From: an archaeon
Lineage (GTDB): Archaea > Iainarchaeota > Iainarchaeia > Iainarchaeales > JANQMZ01
Assembly: GCA_028279805.1 (NCBI GenBank)
Contig: JANQMZ010000007.1
Location: 821,279-853,278, forward strand
DNA length: 32,000 nucleotides
Direction of reading: 5' to 3'
Shown: positions 24,973 to 32,000 of the stretch, in pieces
How positions within the stretch are numbered: the stretch's first letter is position 1
Layout: the number at the start of each line of letters is the position of its first letter
Translations under genes and position numbers: made by a program
Notes under the pieces: generated by a model
What the model saw: only the letters and a program-made list of their open reading frames with translations
Database searches by the model: none
What the model was told of the DNA's origin: nothing

Positions 24973-26220
24973 ATGGGGTTAGAACTCTTAATTCTCTTGG
25001 TTTTAGTGCTTCTTTCAGCCTTTTTTTCAGGAGTTGAAACCGCCTTAGTTTCTTTAAGCGAGATTAAGGTAAAAAGCCTTGTAATGGAGGGAAAAAAAGG
25101 TGCTGCTGCTCTATCAAAACTTAAATCCAATCCAAGAAGAATGATTATTACAATTTTGCTGTTTAACAACCTGGTAAATATTGGGGCTTCAGCTTTTGCA
25201 GCTGTTGTTGCAATTGATTTGTTTGGTTCAACAGGTCTGGGTATAGCTACTGCGGTAATGACTTTTTTGATTCTGGTTTTTGGTGAGATTACTCCCAAAA
25301 CTTATGCAGCAAACAATGCTGTAAGTGTTTCTTTGATTGTTTCAAGGCCTTTGCATTTTTTGTCCACAATTTTTTCACCAATTATTATTATTCTGGAAAA
25401 AATTGTAGGATCTCTTTTAAGTGAAAAGTTTGTCGGACAGGCAAAACAAATAACCGAAGCTGAATTTTTAACAATGCTTGAATTAAGTGCAAAGCAAAAA
25501 GTTTTGGAAAAAAAAGAAAAAGAATTTATTGAAGGAATTTTGGAATTTAATGACATTAAGGTTCACAAAGTAATGATTCCGAGAGTTGAAATGTTTTCTT
25601 TGCCTGCTTCCATGCCTATAAAAAAAGCTGTGAAAGAAATAATTAAAAAAAATTTTTCAAGAATTCCCATTTTTGAAAAAAATGCTGACAACATTGTAGG
25701 AATAGTTCATTTAAGAGATGTTTTAACAGCTGTTGCTTTAAATGAAGATAAAAAATCTTTGAAAAACATTTCAATTGACCCTTTGTTTGTTTCAGAAGAG
25801 GAAATTATCAGTGAAGTTTTTAAAAAATTTCAAAAACGCAATATTCACCTTGCAATTGCCGTTGACGAATTTGGCGGCACAGCCGGACTGGTTACACTGG
25901 AAGATTTAATGGAGGAAATTGTCGGGGACATTATTGATGAAAGCGATGTTTCAAATGACAAAATAAGAAGATTAAATGGCAAATCAATTATTGCCGATGG
26001 CTCAATTGACTTGGATGAAGTTAACGATTTTTTTAAAGTAAAATTGCCAATAAAAGAACATTATCATACGCTTAACGCTTATCTGTTGCATCAGCTTAAG
26101 GATATTCCTTCAAAAGGCCAAAAGCTTGAAAGGCGCGGCTTAATTTTTGAAATTGAAAAAGCTTCTGATAAAAAAATTTTAAGCGTTAAAATAACCAGAA
26201 AAACAAGAAAAAAAGCCTAA
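24973..26220 (+). CDS. CNNM/CorC (DUF21-CBS-CorC_HlyC) transporter-like protein
   Basis: 415 aa; FFSGVETALVSLSEIKVKSL, VFGEITPKTYAANN, KVHKVMIPRVEMFSL, VDEFGGTAGLVTLEDLMEEIVGDIIDESD. Confidence 0.92.
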   Translation: MGLELLILLVLVLLSAFFSGVETALVSLSEIKVKSLVMEGKKGAAALSKLKSNPRRMIITILLFNNLVNIGASAFAAVVAIDLFGSTGLGIATAVMTFLILVFGEITPKTYAANNAVSVSLIVSRPLHFLSTIFSPIIIILEKIVGSLLSEKFVGQAKQITEAEFLTMLELSAKQKVLEKKEKEFIEGILEFNDIKVHKVMIPRVEMFSLPASMPIKKAVKEIIKKNFSRIPIFEKNADNIVGIVHLRDVLTAVALNEDKKSLKNISIDPLFVSEEEIISEVFKKFQKRNIHLAIAVDEFGGTAGLVTLEDLMEEIVGDIIDESDVSNDKIRRLNGKSIIADGSIDLDEVNDFFKVKLPIKEHYHTLNAYLLHQLKDIPSKGQKLERRGLIFEIEKASDKKILSVKITRKTRKKA

Positions 26221-26272
26221 AACTCCTTTTTAAACCCAAAAAATTCTTATAATCCTGAATAGTAATTTTAAT

Positions 26273-27010
26273 ATGGCTTCAAAAAGAACAGGTGTTAAAA
26301 AGCCGGGGACTGTGCCTCTTGAAAGAGAAGATCGGACAATAATTCTTGAGAGAAGGGTAAAAGAACGTGAAAATTTATCAAATTTGGTTGAACAAGCCCG
26401 AAATAATGGAAGAAACTTGGCTGAATTTCTAAAATCAAAAGGCTGGAATTCTGAAAAGCTTCTTTTTAACAGAGTAAAACCTGAATTTTTTTACGAATTA
26501 AACGTTCCGGTTTCAGATTTAATCAAACTTGGTTATAAAAATCCACAAGAATTAAGACTTGCAGGTTATACTGATTTTTTTGAATTATTACATGCAGGTT
26601 TTCGAGAATTATCTTCAGGAGAAAAACAAGCATGGCTTTCTTCTCTATGGAATCTTGTTTTAAATGCCAGACATATGGAATTAATTTTAACTCCAAGACA
26701 AAAAACTTATCGTGAAAGATTAAAACAAAAATTACAAAAAACAGTTGCAAGAAACAAAGACATTGTTTTGAAATTTTTTATAACAGAAACAACATCAGAT
26801 AAAATGGGAACAATTTTTTCCACAACCCAGTTTAGAGAATTAAAACCAGGTGAAACTTTAACAAGACCAATTGAACTTGAAGACATTGTTGCCAACGCTT
26901 TGGAATCAAAAAACCCAAAAAGTTTTTTGGAAAATTTTGGAATTTCAAAAAAAGATTTGATTAATGCAGGGAATTTTGGAGAATATTCTTTGCCAAGATT
27001 AGGATTTTAA
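26273..27010 (+). CDS. Hypothetical protein, shares C-terminal motif with the next gene
   Basis: 245 aa; C-terminal IVANALESKNPKSFLENFGISKKDLINAGNF. Confidence 0.5.
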   Translation: MASKRTGVKKPGTVPLEREDRTIILERRVKERENLSNLVEQARNNGRNLAEFLKSKGWNSEKLLFNRVKPEFFYELNVPVSDLIKLGYKNPQELRLAGYTDFFELLHAGFRELSSGEKQAWLSSLWNLVLNARHMELILTPRQKTYRERLKQKLQKTVARNKDIVLKFFITETTSDKMGTIFSTTQFRELKPGETLTRPIELEDIVANALESKNPKSFLENFGISKKDLINAGNFGEYSLPRLGF

Positions 27011-27020
27011 GTGAAAAATT

Positions 27021-27800
27021 ATGGGAAAACCCAGACCACATTATCTTGCAATTGCTGAGCATTTAAAAAAAGGAACAAGAAGAAGGGACATTTACAGACA
27101 GGTTTCTGAAGAATATGGAATTAGTTATAATGGAATCTGGCAAATTTGCCAAAGATATTTTCCAAGAGAAAAAATTAATAGCCCTGAAGATGTTGAAAGG
27201 CTTTTACAGGAATATCTGGATTCCGTTAAAAGGTCTGAAACAGAAAGAAATGAGCGGTTTGTGCAAATGGTTGAAAGTCTTACTCCTGAACAAAGAAGTG
27301 AAATGTCTAAAAAAGGCTGGAATAAACTCAGTGAATCTGAAAAAAGACAAAGGCTTGAGGCAAGCATTCAATCTGAGGCAAGCATTCGGTCAATAAGTCC
27401 TGAGCAAAGAAGTGAAGCTGCTAAAAGATATTGGGCGGGGTTAACTGAGGCGGAAAAACGTAGAAGACTTGAAGAAACAATTCAGTCAGTAACTCCCGAG
27501 CAAAGGAGTGAAACAGCTAAAAGATACTGGGCTGGGTTAAGTGAAGAGGAAAAAAGAGAACTTGTTCAGAAAAGCATGCTTTCAGTGTCTCCAAAGCAAA
27601 GAATGTATAGAAGAGGATTAACGGAAAAACTTGGAAGGCCTTTGAGAACGGTTTTGGAAGAATCTTTGAAATCAAATGATTCCGGTTTGTTTCTTTTAAA
27701 TTTGGGCATTAGACCGGCTGATTTGTGGAAAGCGGGTTTTGACACTGAAACCGTTACAAGATTTTTTCCAATTGAGTTTTTGATAGGAATAAGGAATTAG
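27021..27800 (+). CDS. HTH-containing protein with internal 32-aa tandem repeats
   Basis: 259 aa; N-terminal HTH (YLAIAEHLKKGTRRRDIYRQVSEEYGISYNGIWQICQRYFP), repeats (S/T)PEQRSExxKRYWAGLxExEKR, C-terminal LEESLKSNDSGLFLLNLGIRPADLWKAGF. Confidence 0.6.
   Translation: MGKPRPHYLAIAEHLKKGTRRRDIYRQVSEEYGISYNGIWQICQRYFPREKINSPEDVERLLQEYLDSVKRSETERNERFVQMVESLTPEQRSEMSKKGWNKLSESEKRQRLEASIQSEASIRSISPEQRSEAAKRYWAGLTEAEKRRRLEETIQSVTPEQRSETAKRYWAGLSEEEKRELVQKSMLSVSPKQRMYRRGLTEKLGRPLRTVLEESLKSNDSGLFLLNLGIRPADLWKAGFDTETVTRFFPIEFLIGIRN
27279..27629 (+). repeat. Tandem repeats within the CDS (3 full plus 1 partial copies, ~96-114 nt)
   Basis: LTPEQRSEMSKKGWNKLSESEKRQRLE / ISPEQRSEAAKRYWAGLTEAEKRRRLEETIQS / VTPEQRSETAKRYWAGLSEEEKRELVQKSMLS / VSPKQRMYRRGLTEK. 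Confidence 0.85.
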
Positions 27801-27802
27801 AG

Positions 27803-27886
27803 TGCACGGGGGAGGATTCGAACCTCCGAAGGCACTAAGCCACGGGGTCCTAAACCCCGCCCCTTTGACCACTCGGGTACCCATGC
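27803..27886 (-). tRNA. tRNA-Leu (anticodon UAG)
   Basis: Reverse complement GCATGGGTACCCGAGTGGTCAAAGGGGCGGGGTTTAGGACCCCGTGGCTTAGTGCCTTCGGAGGTTCGAATCCTCCCCCGTGCA; class II variable arm, anticodon loop TTTAGGA. Confidence 0.95.
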
Positions 27887-27957
27887 ATTATACTAATTGT
27901 GTTAAAATTGCTTTAAAAAAGCTTTTTTTAACCATTACGCCTTTTTCTTTTTTTTAA

Positions 27958-28656
27958 ATGGAAAAAATGCCAAAACATGAGGAAATGCATTCAAATACCG
28001 GAGCCATATTTAGCGATATTATTTTAGGCGGACAGGACGGATTAGTAAATGTTTTGGGAATAGTTTTGGGTTTGGCAGCAGCAACAAATGATGCGCGAAT
28101 TGTAATAATTGCAGGATTAGCCGCTTTGTTTGCTGAAAGCATTGCAATGGCGGCTGTAGCTTTTACTTCAAATCAGGCTGAAGCAGAATTTTATGAAGCT
28201 GAAAAAAAACGGGAATTATGGGAAATAAAAAACTGGCCTGAAAAAGAAAAACAGGAAGTAAAAGAAATTTTTGCAAATTATGGATTAAAAGGAAAAGCTT
28301 TGACTGATGTTGTAAAAATTATTACATCAAACAAAAAAGCCTGGTTAAACATTATGATGTCAGAAGAATTAGGCTTAACCAAAATTGAAAAATCAAAACC
28401 GTTAAAATCAGCAATAGTTGTCGGCTTGTCGGCAGTTGCAGGTTCTTTAGTCCCTTTAATTCCTTTTTACTTGTTTCCGGTTTCACAAGCTTTAATTGTT
28501 GCATTAATTTTTTCAGCAATTGTTTTGTTTACAACTGGAGCAATAAAAGCAAAACTTACCGGGCGATTCTGGTTCAGATCAGGTTTTGAATTGTTTGCAA
28601 TCGGAATGCTGGCAGCTTTAGCCGGTTATTTGGTTGGAACTTTTTTAGGAGCTTAA
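27958..28656 (+). CDS. VIT1/CCC1 family Fe/Mn transporter-like protein
   Basis: 232 aa; SDIILGGQDGLVNVLGIVLGLAAATNDARIVIIAGLAALFAESIAMAAVAFTS. Confidence 0.85.
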   Translation: MEKMPKHEEMHSNTGAIFSDIILGGQDGLVNVLGIVLGLAAATNDARIVIIAGLAALFAESIAMAAVAFTSNQAEAEFYEAEKKRELWEIKNWPEKEKQEVKEIFANYGLKGKALTDVVKIITSNKKAWLNIMMSEELGLTKIEKSKPLKSAIVVGLSAVAGSLVPLIPFYLFPVSQALIVALIFSAIVLFTTGAIKAKLTGRFWFRSGFELFAIGMLAALAGYLVGTFLGA

Positions 28657-29237
28657 TTTTTTTTAAACCATTTTACAAATTTTCTTGTTGCAATTGCCCT
28701 GTGTGAAAACAAATTTTTATCTTCTCTTGAAAAATATGATAAAGTTTGTTTTCTTCCTTTTGGAACACTTTTTGGAACATCTTTTGGAATAAATAATTTT
28801 TCATAAGCCAAAACATTTTTTTGAGGATTTCTGATTTTTTTTTCAAATCTGCCATGCAGTTTTCCGGTAAAAGTTTTGAATTTGTTTTTGCCCCAGATGT
28901 ATGTTAAAGCAACTCCAAAATAACCGGTTCTTTTTTTTCCTTCCAATAATTTTAACAATCCTTTTAAGCCGATTCCCAAATAAACTCTTTTGGCCATTAA
29001 ACCCGGGAATTCATTATAAGCGTCAAAGAATACGCCTGTATCTTCCACAATTAAAGGCTTTTTTAGCTGCGAATAAGCTTGTTTTGCTTTTTCCTCTGCA
29101 ACTTTTTGAATTGAACCCAAATCTGGTTCTTTTATATCCAAAGCTTTTCTTTTAAGCTTAATATCAAATTCTTTTAAAACTTTGGAAATTTCCTCATGCT
29201 TGTGTTTGTTTGTTGAAACAAAAATTAATTCCCTCAT
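28653..29237 (-). CDS. XTP/dITP diphosphatase (Ham1/RdgB family)
   Basis: 194 aa; FVSTNKHKHEEISKVL, LIVEDTGVFFDAYNEFPGLMAKRV, RKQTLSYFSREDKNLFSHRAIATRKF. Confidence 0.93.
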   Translation of the reverse strand: MRELIFVSTNKHKHEEISKVLKEFDIKLKRKALDIKEPDLGSIQKVAEEKAKQAYSQLKKPLIVEDTGVFFDAYNEFPGLMAKRVYLGIGLKGLLKLLEGKKRTGYFGVALTYIWGKNKFKTFTGKLHGRFEKKIRNPQKNVLAYEKLFIPKDVPKSVPKGRKQTLSYFSREDKNLFSHRAIATRKFVKWFKKN

Positions 29238-29290
29238 TCATTGAAAAAAGCAGTAAAACATTTTAAATCTTTTTAATCCAATTTTTTGGT

Positions 29291-30001
29291 ATGACTGAAA
29301 TGCTTTATTTGCAGGATTCTTATTTGAAGGAATTTTCAGCAAAAGTTGAAAAAGTTTCAGAAAACAAATTTGTTGTACTGGATAAAACTGCTTTTTTTGC
29401 ACAAGGCGGAGGGCAGCCATGTGATACAGGTTTTCTGGAAAAAAATGGAAAAAAATTAAAAGTTGTTTTTGTTAAAAAATTTGGAAACGAAATTTCACAT
29501 CAAGTTGAAAACAATTCATTAAAAGTTGGAGATGAAGTTAAAGGAATAATTAACTGGCAAAACAGATACAAGTTAATGAGAATGCACACAGCAACTCATA
29601 TTTTAAGTGCAATAATTTTTGAAGAAATTGGTTCTTTGATTACAGGAAACCAGTTAGGCATTGATAAAACAAGAATTGATTTTAATGTTGAAAATTTTGA
29701 CCGTGATTTGTTAAAATCTTTTGAAGAAAAAACAAATAACGCAATTAAAACAAATTCTGGTGTAAGCATTTCTTTTATGCCGACAGAAGAAGCTTTAAAA
29801 AATGAAAAATTGTTCCGGTTAAAAGATGTTTTGCCAAAAAATTTGAAAGAATTAAGAATTGTTAAAATTGGTGATATTGATGTGCAGGCTGATGGTGGAA
29901 CACATGTTAAAAATACTCAGGAGATAGGGCAGATTAAAATTATTAAAATGGAAAACAAGGGAAAAAATAACAGAAGAATTTATTTTGAATTGGATGACTA
30001 A
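29291..30001 (+). CDS. alaX: Alanyl-tRNA editing protein AlaX
   Basis: 236 aa; TAFFAQGGGQPCDTG, RMHTATHILSAIIFEE, DVQADGGTHVKNTQEIG. Confidence 0.93.
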   Translation: MTEMLYLQDSYLKEFSAKVEKVSENKFVVLDKTAFFAQGGGQPCDTGFLEKNGKKLKVVFVKKFGNEISHQVENNSLKVGDEVKGIINWQNRYKLMRMHTATHILSAIIFEEIGSLITGNQLGIDKTRIDFNVENFDRDLLKSFEEKTNNAIKTNSGVSISFMPTEEALKNEKLFRLKDVLPKNLKELRIVKIGDIDVQADGGTHVKNTQEIGQIKIIKMENKGKNNRRIYFELDD

Positions 30002-30003
30002 AA

Positions 30004-30150
30004 ATGGTTAAAAAAATTTTTTTGTGTGAGGAATGTAATTATTTGTTTGAATCTGAAAAAAATGCAATAGAATGTGATGGGTTCTGCAAAACTCACAAGC
30101 AATGCAGTTTGGAATTGGCTCAAAAAGCAATTGGAATAATGCAAAAATGA
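30004..30150 (+). CDS. 48-aa Cys-rich mini-protein (absent from the ORF track)
   Basis: MVKKIFLCEECNYLFESEKNAIECDGFCKTHKQCSLELAQKAIGIMQK; five Cys and one His, start 2 nt after the alaX stop. Confidence 0.6.
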   Translation: MVKKIFLCEECNYLFESEKNAIECDGFCKTHKQCSLELAQKAIGIMQK

Positions 30151-30192
30151 ACTTTTAAACTGGAAAAACGCTTAAAAAAGGCTCTGTTCTAA

Positions 30193-31425
30193 ATGATTAA
30201 AATGACAGATTTTGATGCAATTGTTGTTGGCGGTGGTCCGGCCGGATCAGGCGCTGTAATGTATTTGAAAAGAAAAAACCTGAAAGTTTTGCTGTTGGAT
30301 AAAACTTCTTTTCCAAGAGATAAAACATGCGGGGACGGAATTTCAGGCAAAAGCATGGCTTTGGTTAGAGAATTAGGCTTAATGCCTGACATTGAAAAAA
30401 GAGAGCATAAAAAAATAACAGGAGTTTTATTGTCAAGTCCGAACGGAACTTTGCTTGAAGTTCCAATTCCTAAATCAAAACAATCAACAAATTATGGCTA
30501 TGTTTGCCGCAGGGAAGAATTTGATGATGCTTTATTCCAGAATGCAAAAAAGCTTGCCGATAAAACAATTGAAAATTTTACAGTAACAGACTTGTTAAAA
30601 GATGGAGAACAAGTAATAGGAGTTAAAGGAATTAAGGATGGAAAGGAACAGGAGTTTACTGCAAAAGTTGTTCTTGCAGCCGACGGAGCAAATTCTCTTA
30701 TTTCAAAAAAAATTGGTTTAGGGGATGTGGAACCAAAACATCACATTGTTGCTTTGCGTGCATATTTTGAGGGCGTTAAAGGAATGGAAGAATTAATTGA
30801 ATTGCATTTTATGGATGAATTAATTCCCGGTTATTTCTGGATTTTTCCGATTGATTTGGAAAAAGGTTATGCTAACATTGGCTTGGGAATGGTAATGCAT
30901 GACATGAGAAAAAACAAATTAAATTTGGAACAGGCTTTGGATGATGTTATTAAAAATTCAAAATTGTTAAAAGACAGGTTTGTTGGTTCAAAAAGAGTCA
31001 GCCAGATTAAAGGATGGAATCTGCCATTAGGTTCTCATAGAAAAAAACTTTACTCCAACGGAGTTGTTTTGTTAGGAGATGCAGCTTCATTAATTGACCC
31101 TTTTACTGGTGAGGGCATTGGCAATGCTTTGTTGTCAGCAAAATATGCTGCACAGGTTATTGAAGAAGCAAACCAAAAAAACGATTTTTCTGAAAAAATG
31201 TTAAAAAAATATGATGACTTGCTTTGGGATGAAATTGAATCAGAATTAAAAGCAAGTTATTTTATGCAAAAAATGTTAAAGAAAAAATTCTTGGTTAACA
31301 GAATAATGGAAAAAGCATCAAAAGACCCGGAGTTAAGGGATGCTTTGTCCGGAACACTGGTTAAAGATGCTCCGTTAAAACAAATAGCTTCATCAAAATT
31401 ATTTATGAAATTAATTTTTGGTTAA
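30193..31425 (+). CDS. Geranylgeranyl reductase family FAD protein (archaeal lipid reductase-like)
   Basis: 410 aa; DAIVVGGGPAGSGAVMYLKRKNLKVLLLDK, DKTCGDGISGK, VVLLGDAASLIDPFTGEGIGNALLSAKYAA. Confidence 0.92.
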   Translation: MIKMTDFDAIVVGGGPAGSGAVMYLKRKNLKVLLLDKTSFPRDKTCGDGISGKSMALVRELGLMPDIEKREHKKITGVLLSSPNGTLLEVPIPKSKQSTNYGYVCRREEFDDALFQNAKKLADKTIENFTVTDLLKDGEQVIGVKGIKDGKEQEFTAKVVLAADGANSLISKKIGLGDVEPKHHIVALRAYFEGVKGMEELIELHFMDELIPGYFWIFPIDLEKGYANIGLGMVMHDMRKNKLNLEQALDDVIKNSKLLKDRFVGSKRVSQIKGWNLPLGSHRKKLYSNGVVLLGDAASLIDPFTGEGIGNALLSAKYAAQVIEEANQKNDFSEKMLKKYDDLLWDEIESELKASYFMQKMLKKKFLVNRIMEKASKDPELRDALSGTLVKDAPLKQIASSKLFMKLIFG

Positions 31426-31440
31426 AAAGGAGGTGAATTA

Positions 31441-31995
31441 ATGCAAAACAAAACAATGCTTTTAGCCGGATTGTTTGTTGCAATGGTTTTCTTAAGCGGC
31501 TGCACTCAATTAACAACTAACTCCGGAGACGCCATGGAAAAAGAAGATGGTGCGATGGAAAAAGGAGACGATGCAATGGAAGGCGGTGCAATGAATGGCC
31601 ATTCAGATGACGGCGACGCAATGGAAAAAACTGATGAATCCGGTGATGCTATGGAAGAAACAGGTTCTGATGAATCAAGCGAAGAAACAGAATCTAATGG
31701 TTCAATGGAAGAAACTGAAACAGAATCACAATTGGTTGAATTTACTGTTATCGGAGACGATTTGAAATTTTTTCCTGAAACTTTTGAAGTCAACAAAGGT
31801 GACACTGTAAGAGTTACTTTTACAAGTGCGGATGTTTTCCACACATTCAGTATTGACGAATTAGACGTTGATATTAAAGCTCAAGCCGGTGAAACAGTAA
31901 CAGAGGAGTTTGTTGCTTCTGAAAGTGGAGAATTTGAATTATACTGCAGGCCTCACAGAGGCGTGGGAATGATCGGAACATTCACAGTAAATTAA
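31441..31995 (+). CDS. Plastocyanin-like cupredoxin lipoprotein
   Basis: 184 aa; lipobox VFLSGC, acidic DAMEK-rich linker, C-terminal FHTFSI ... ELYCRPHRGVGMIGTFTVN type-1 copper ligand pattern. Confidence 0.9.
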   Translation: MQNKTMLLAGLFVAMVFLSGCTQLTTNSGDAMEKEDGAMEKGDDAMEGGAMNGHSDDGDAMEKTDESGDAMEETGSDESSEETESNGSMEETETESQLVEFTVIGDDLKFFPETFEVNKGDTVRVTFTSADVFHTFSIDELDVDIKAQAGETVTEEFVASESGEFELYCRPHRGVGMIGTFTVN

Positions 31996-32000
31996 AGGAT

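Noticed and set aside
1-32000. CRISPR array, transposase/integrase or rRNA genes
   Set aside because: No regularly spaced direct repeats, no recognisable recombinase/transposase ORF and no rRNA-like sequence were seen by eye.

Overview
This looks like an archaeal chromosome segment. The sequence shows a thermosome, an Alba protein, Sec61-beta, AlaX, a GGR-type reductase, archaeal TATA boxes and apparent leaderless starts. The AT-rich sequence and small-genome gene set suggest a DPANN-like lineage, which is inference only. Most of the window is housekeeping: an isopropylmalate/homoaconitate operon, thermosome, tRNA plus ileS, a glycosyltransferase-like membrane trio, a CorC/CNNM-like transporter, tRNA-Leu, XTPase, AlaX, GGR-type reductase and a cupredoxin. 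The standout is a compact five-gene minus-strand cassette at 4105..9087. It encodes ParB-like A, a PD-(D/E)XK nuclease, a minimal SNF2 ATPase, ParB-like B and an SPPY DNA methyltransferase, and is a candidate uncharacterised defence or restriction-like system. Further observations include: a tRNA with a UAU (Ile) anticodon directly upstream of ileS; several local, unusually structured or GC-rich intergenic RNA candidates; a 12-bp stem whose minus-strand loop contains a TBA-like GGTTGGTGGTTGGG motif; a twin-palindrome operator in front of an HTH gene; three sub-60-aa genes missing from the ORF track (Trm112-like, Sec61-beta, Cys-rich mini-protein); RAM-domain regulation of an amino-acid operon; a possible divergent histone-fold protein; and two paralogous pairs of unknown proteins.
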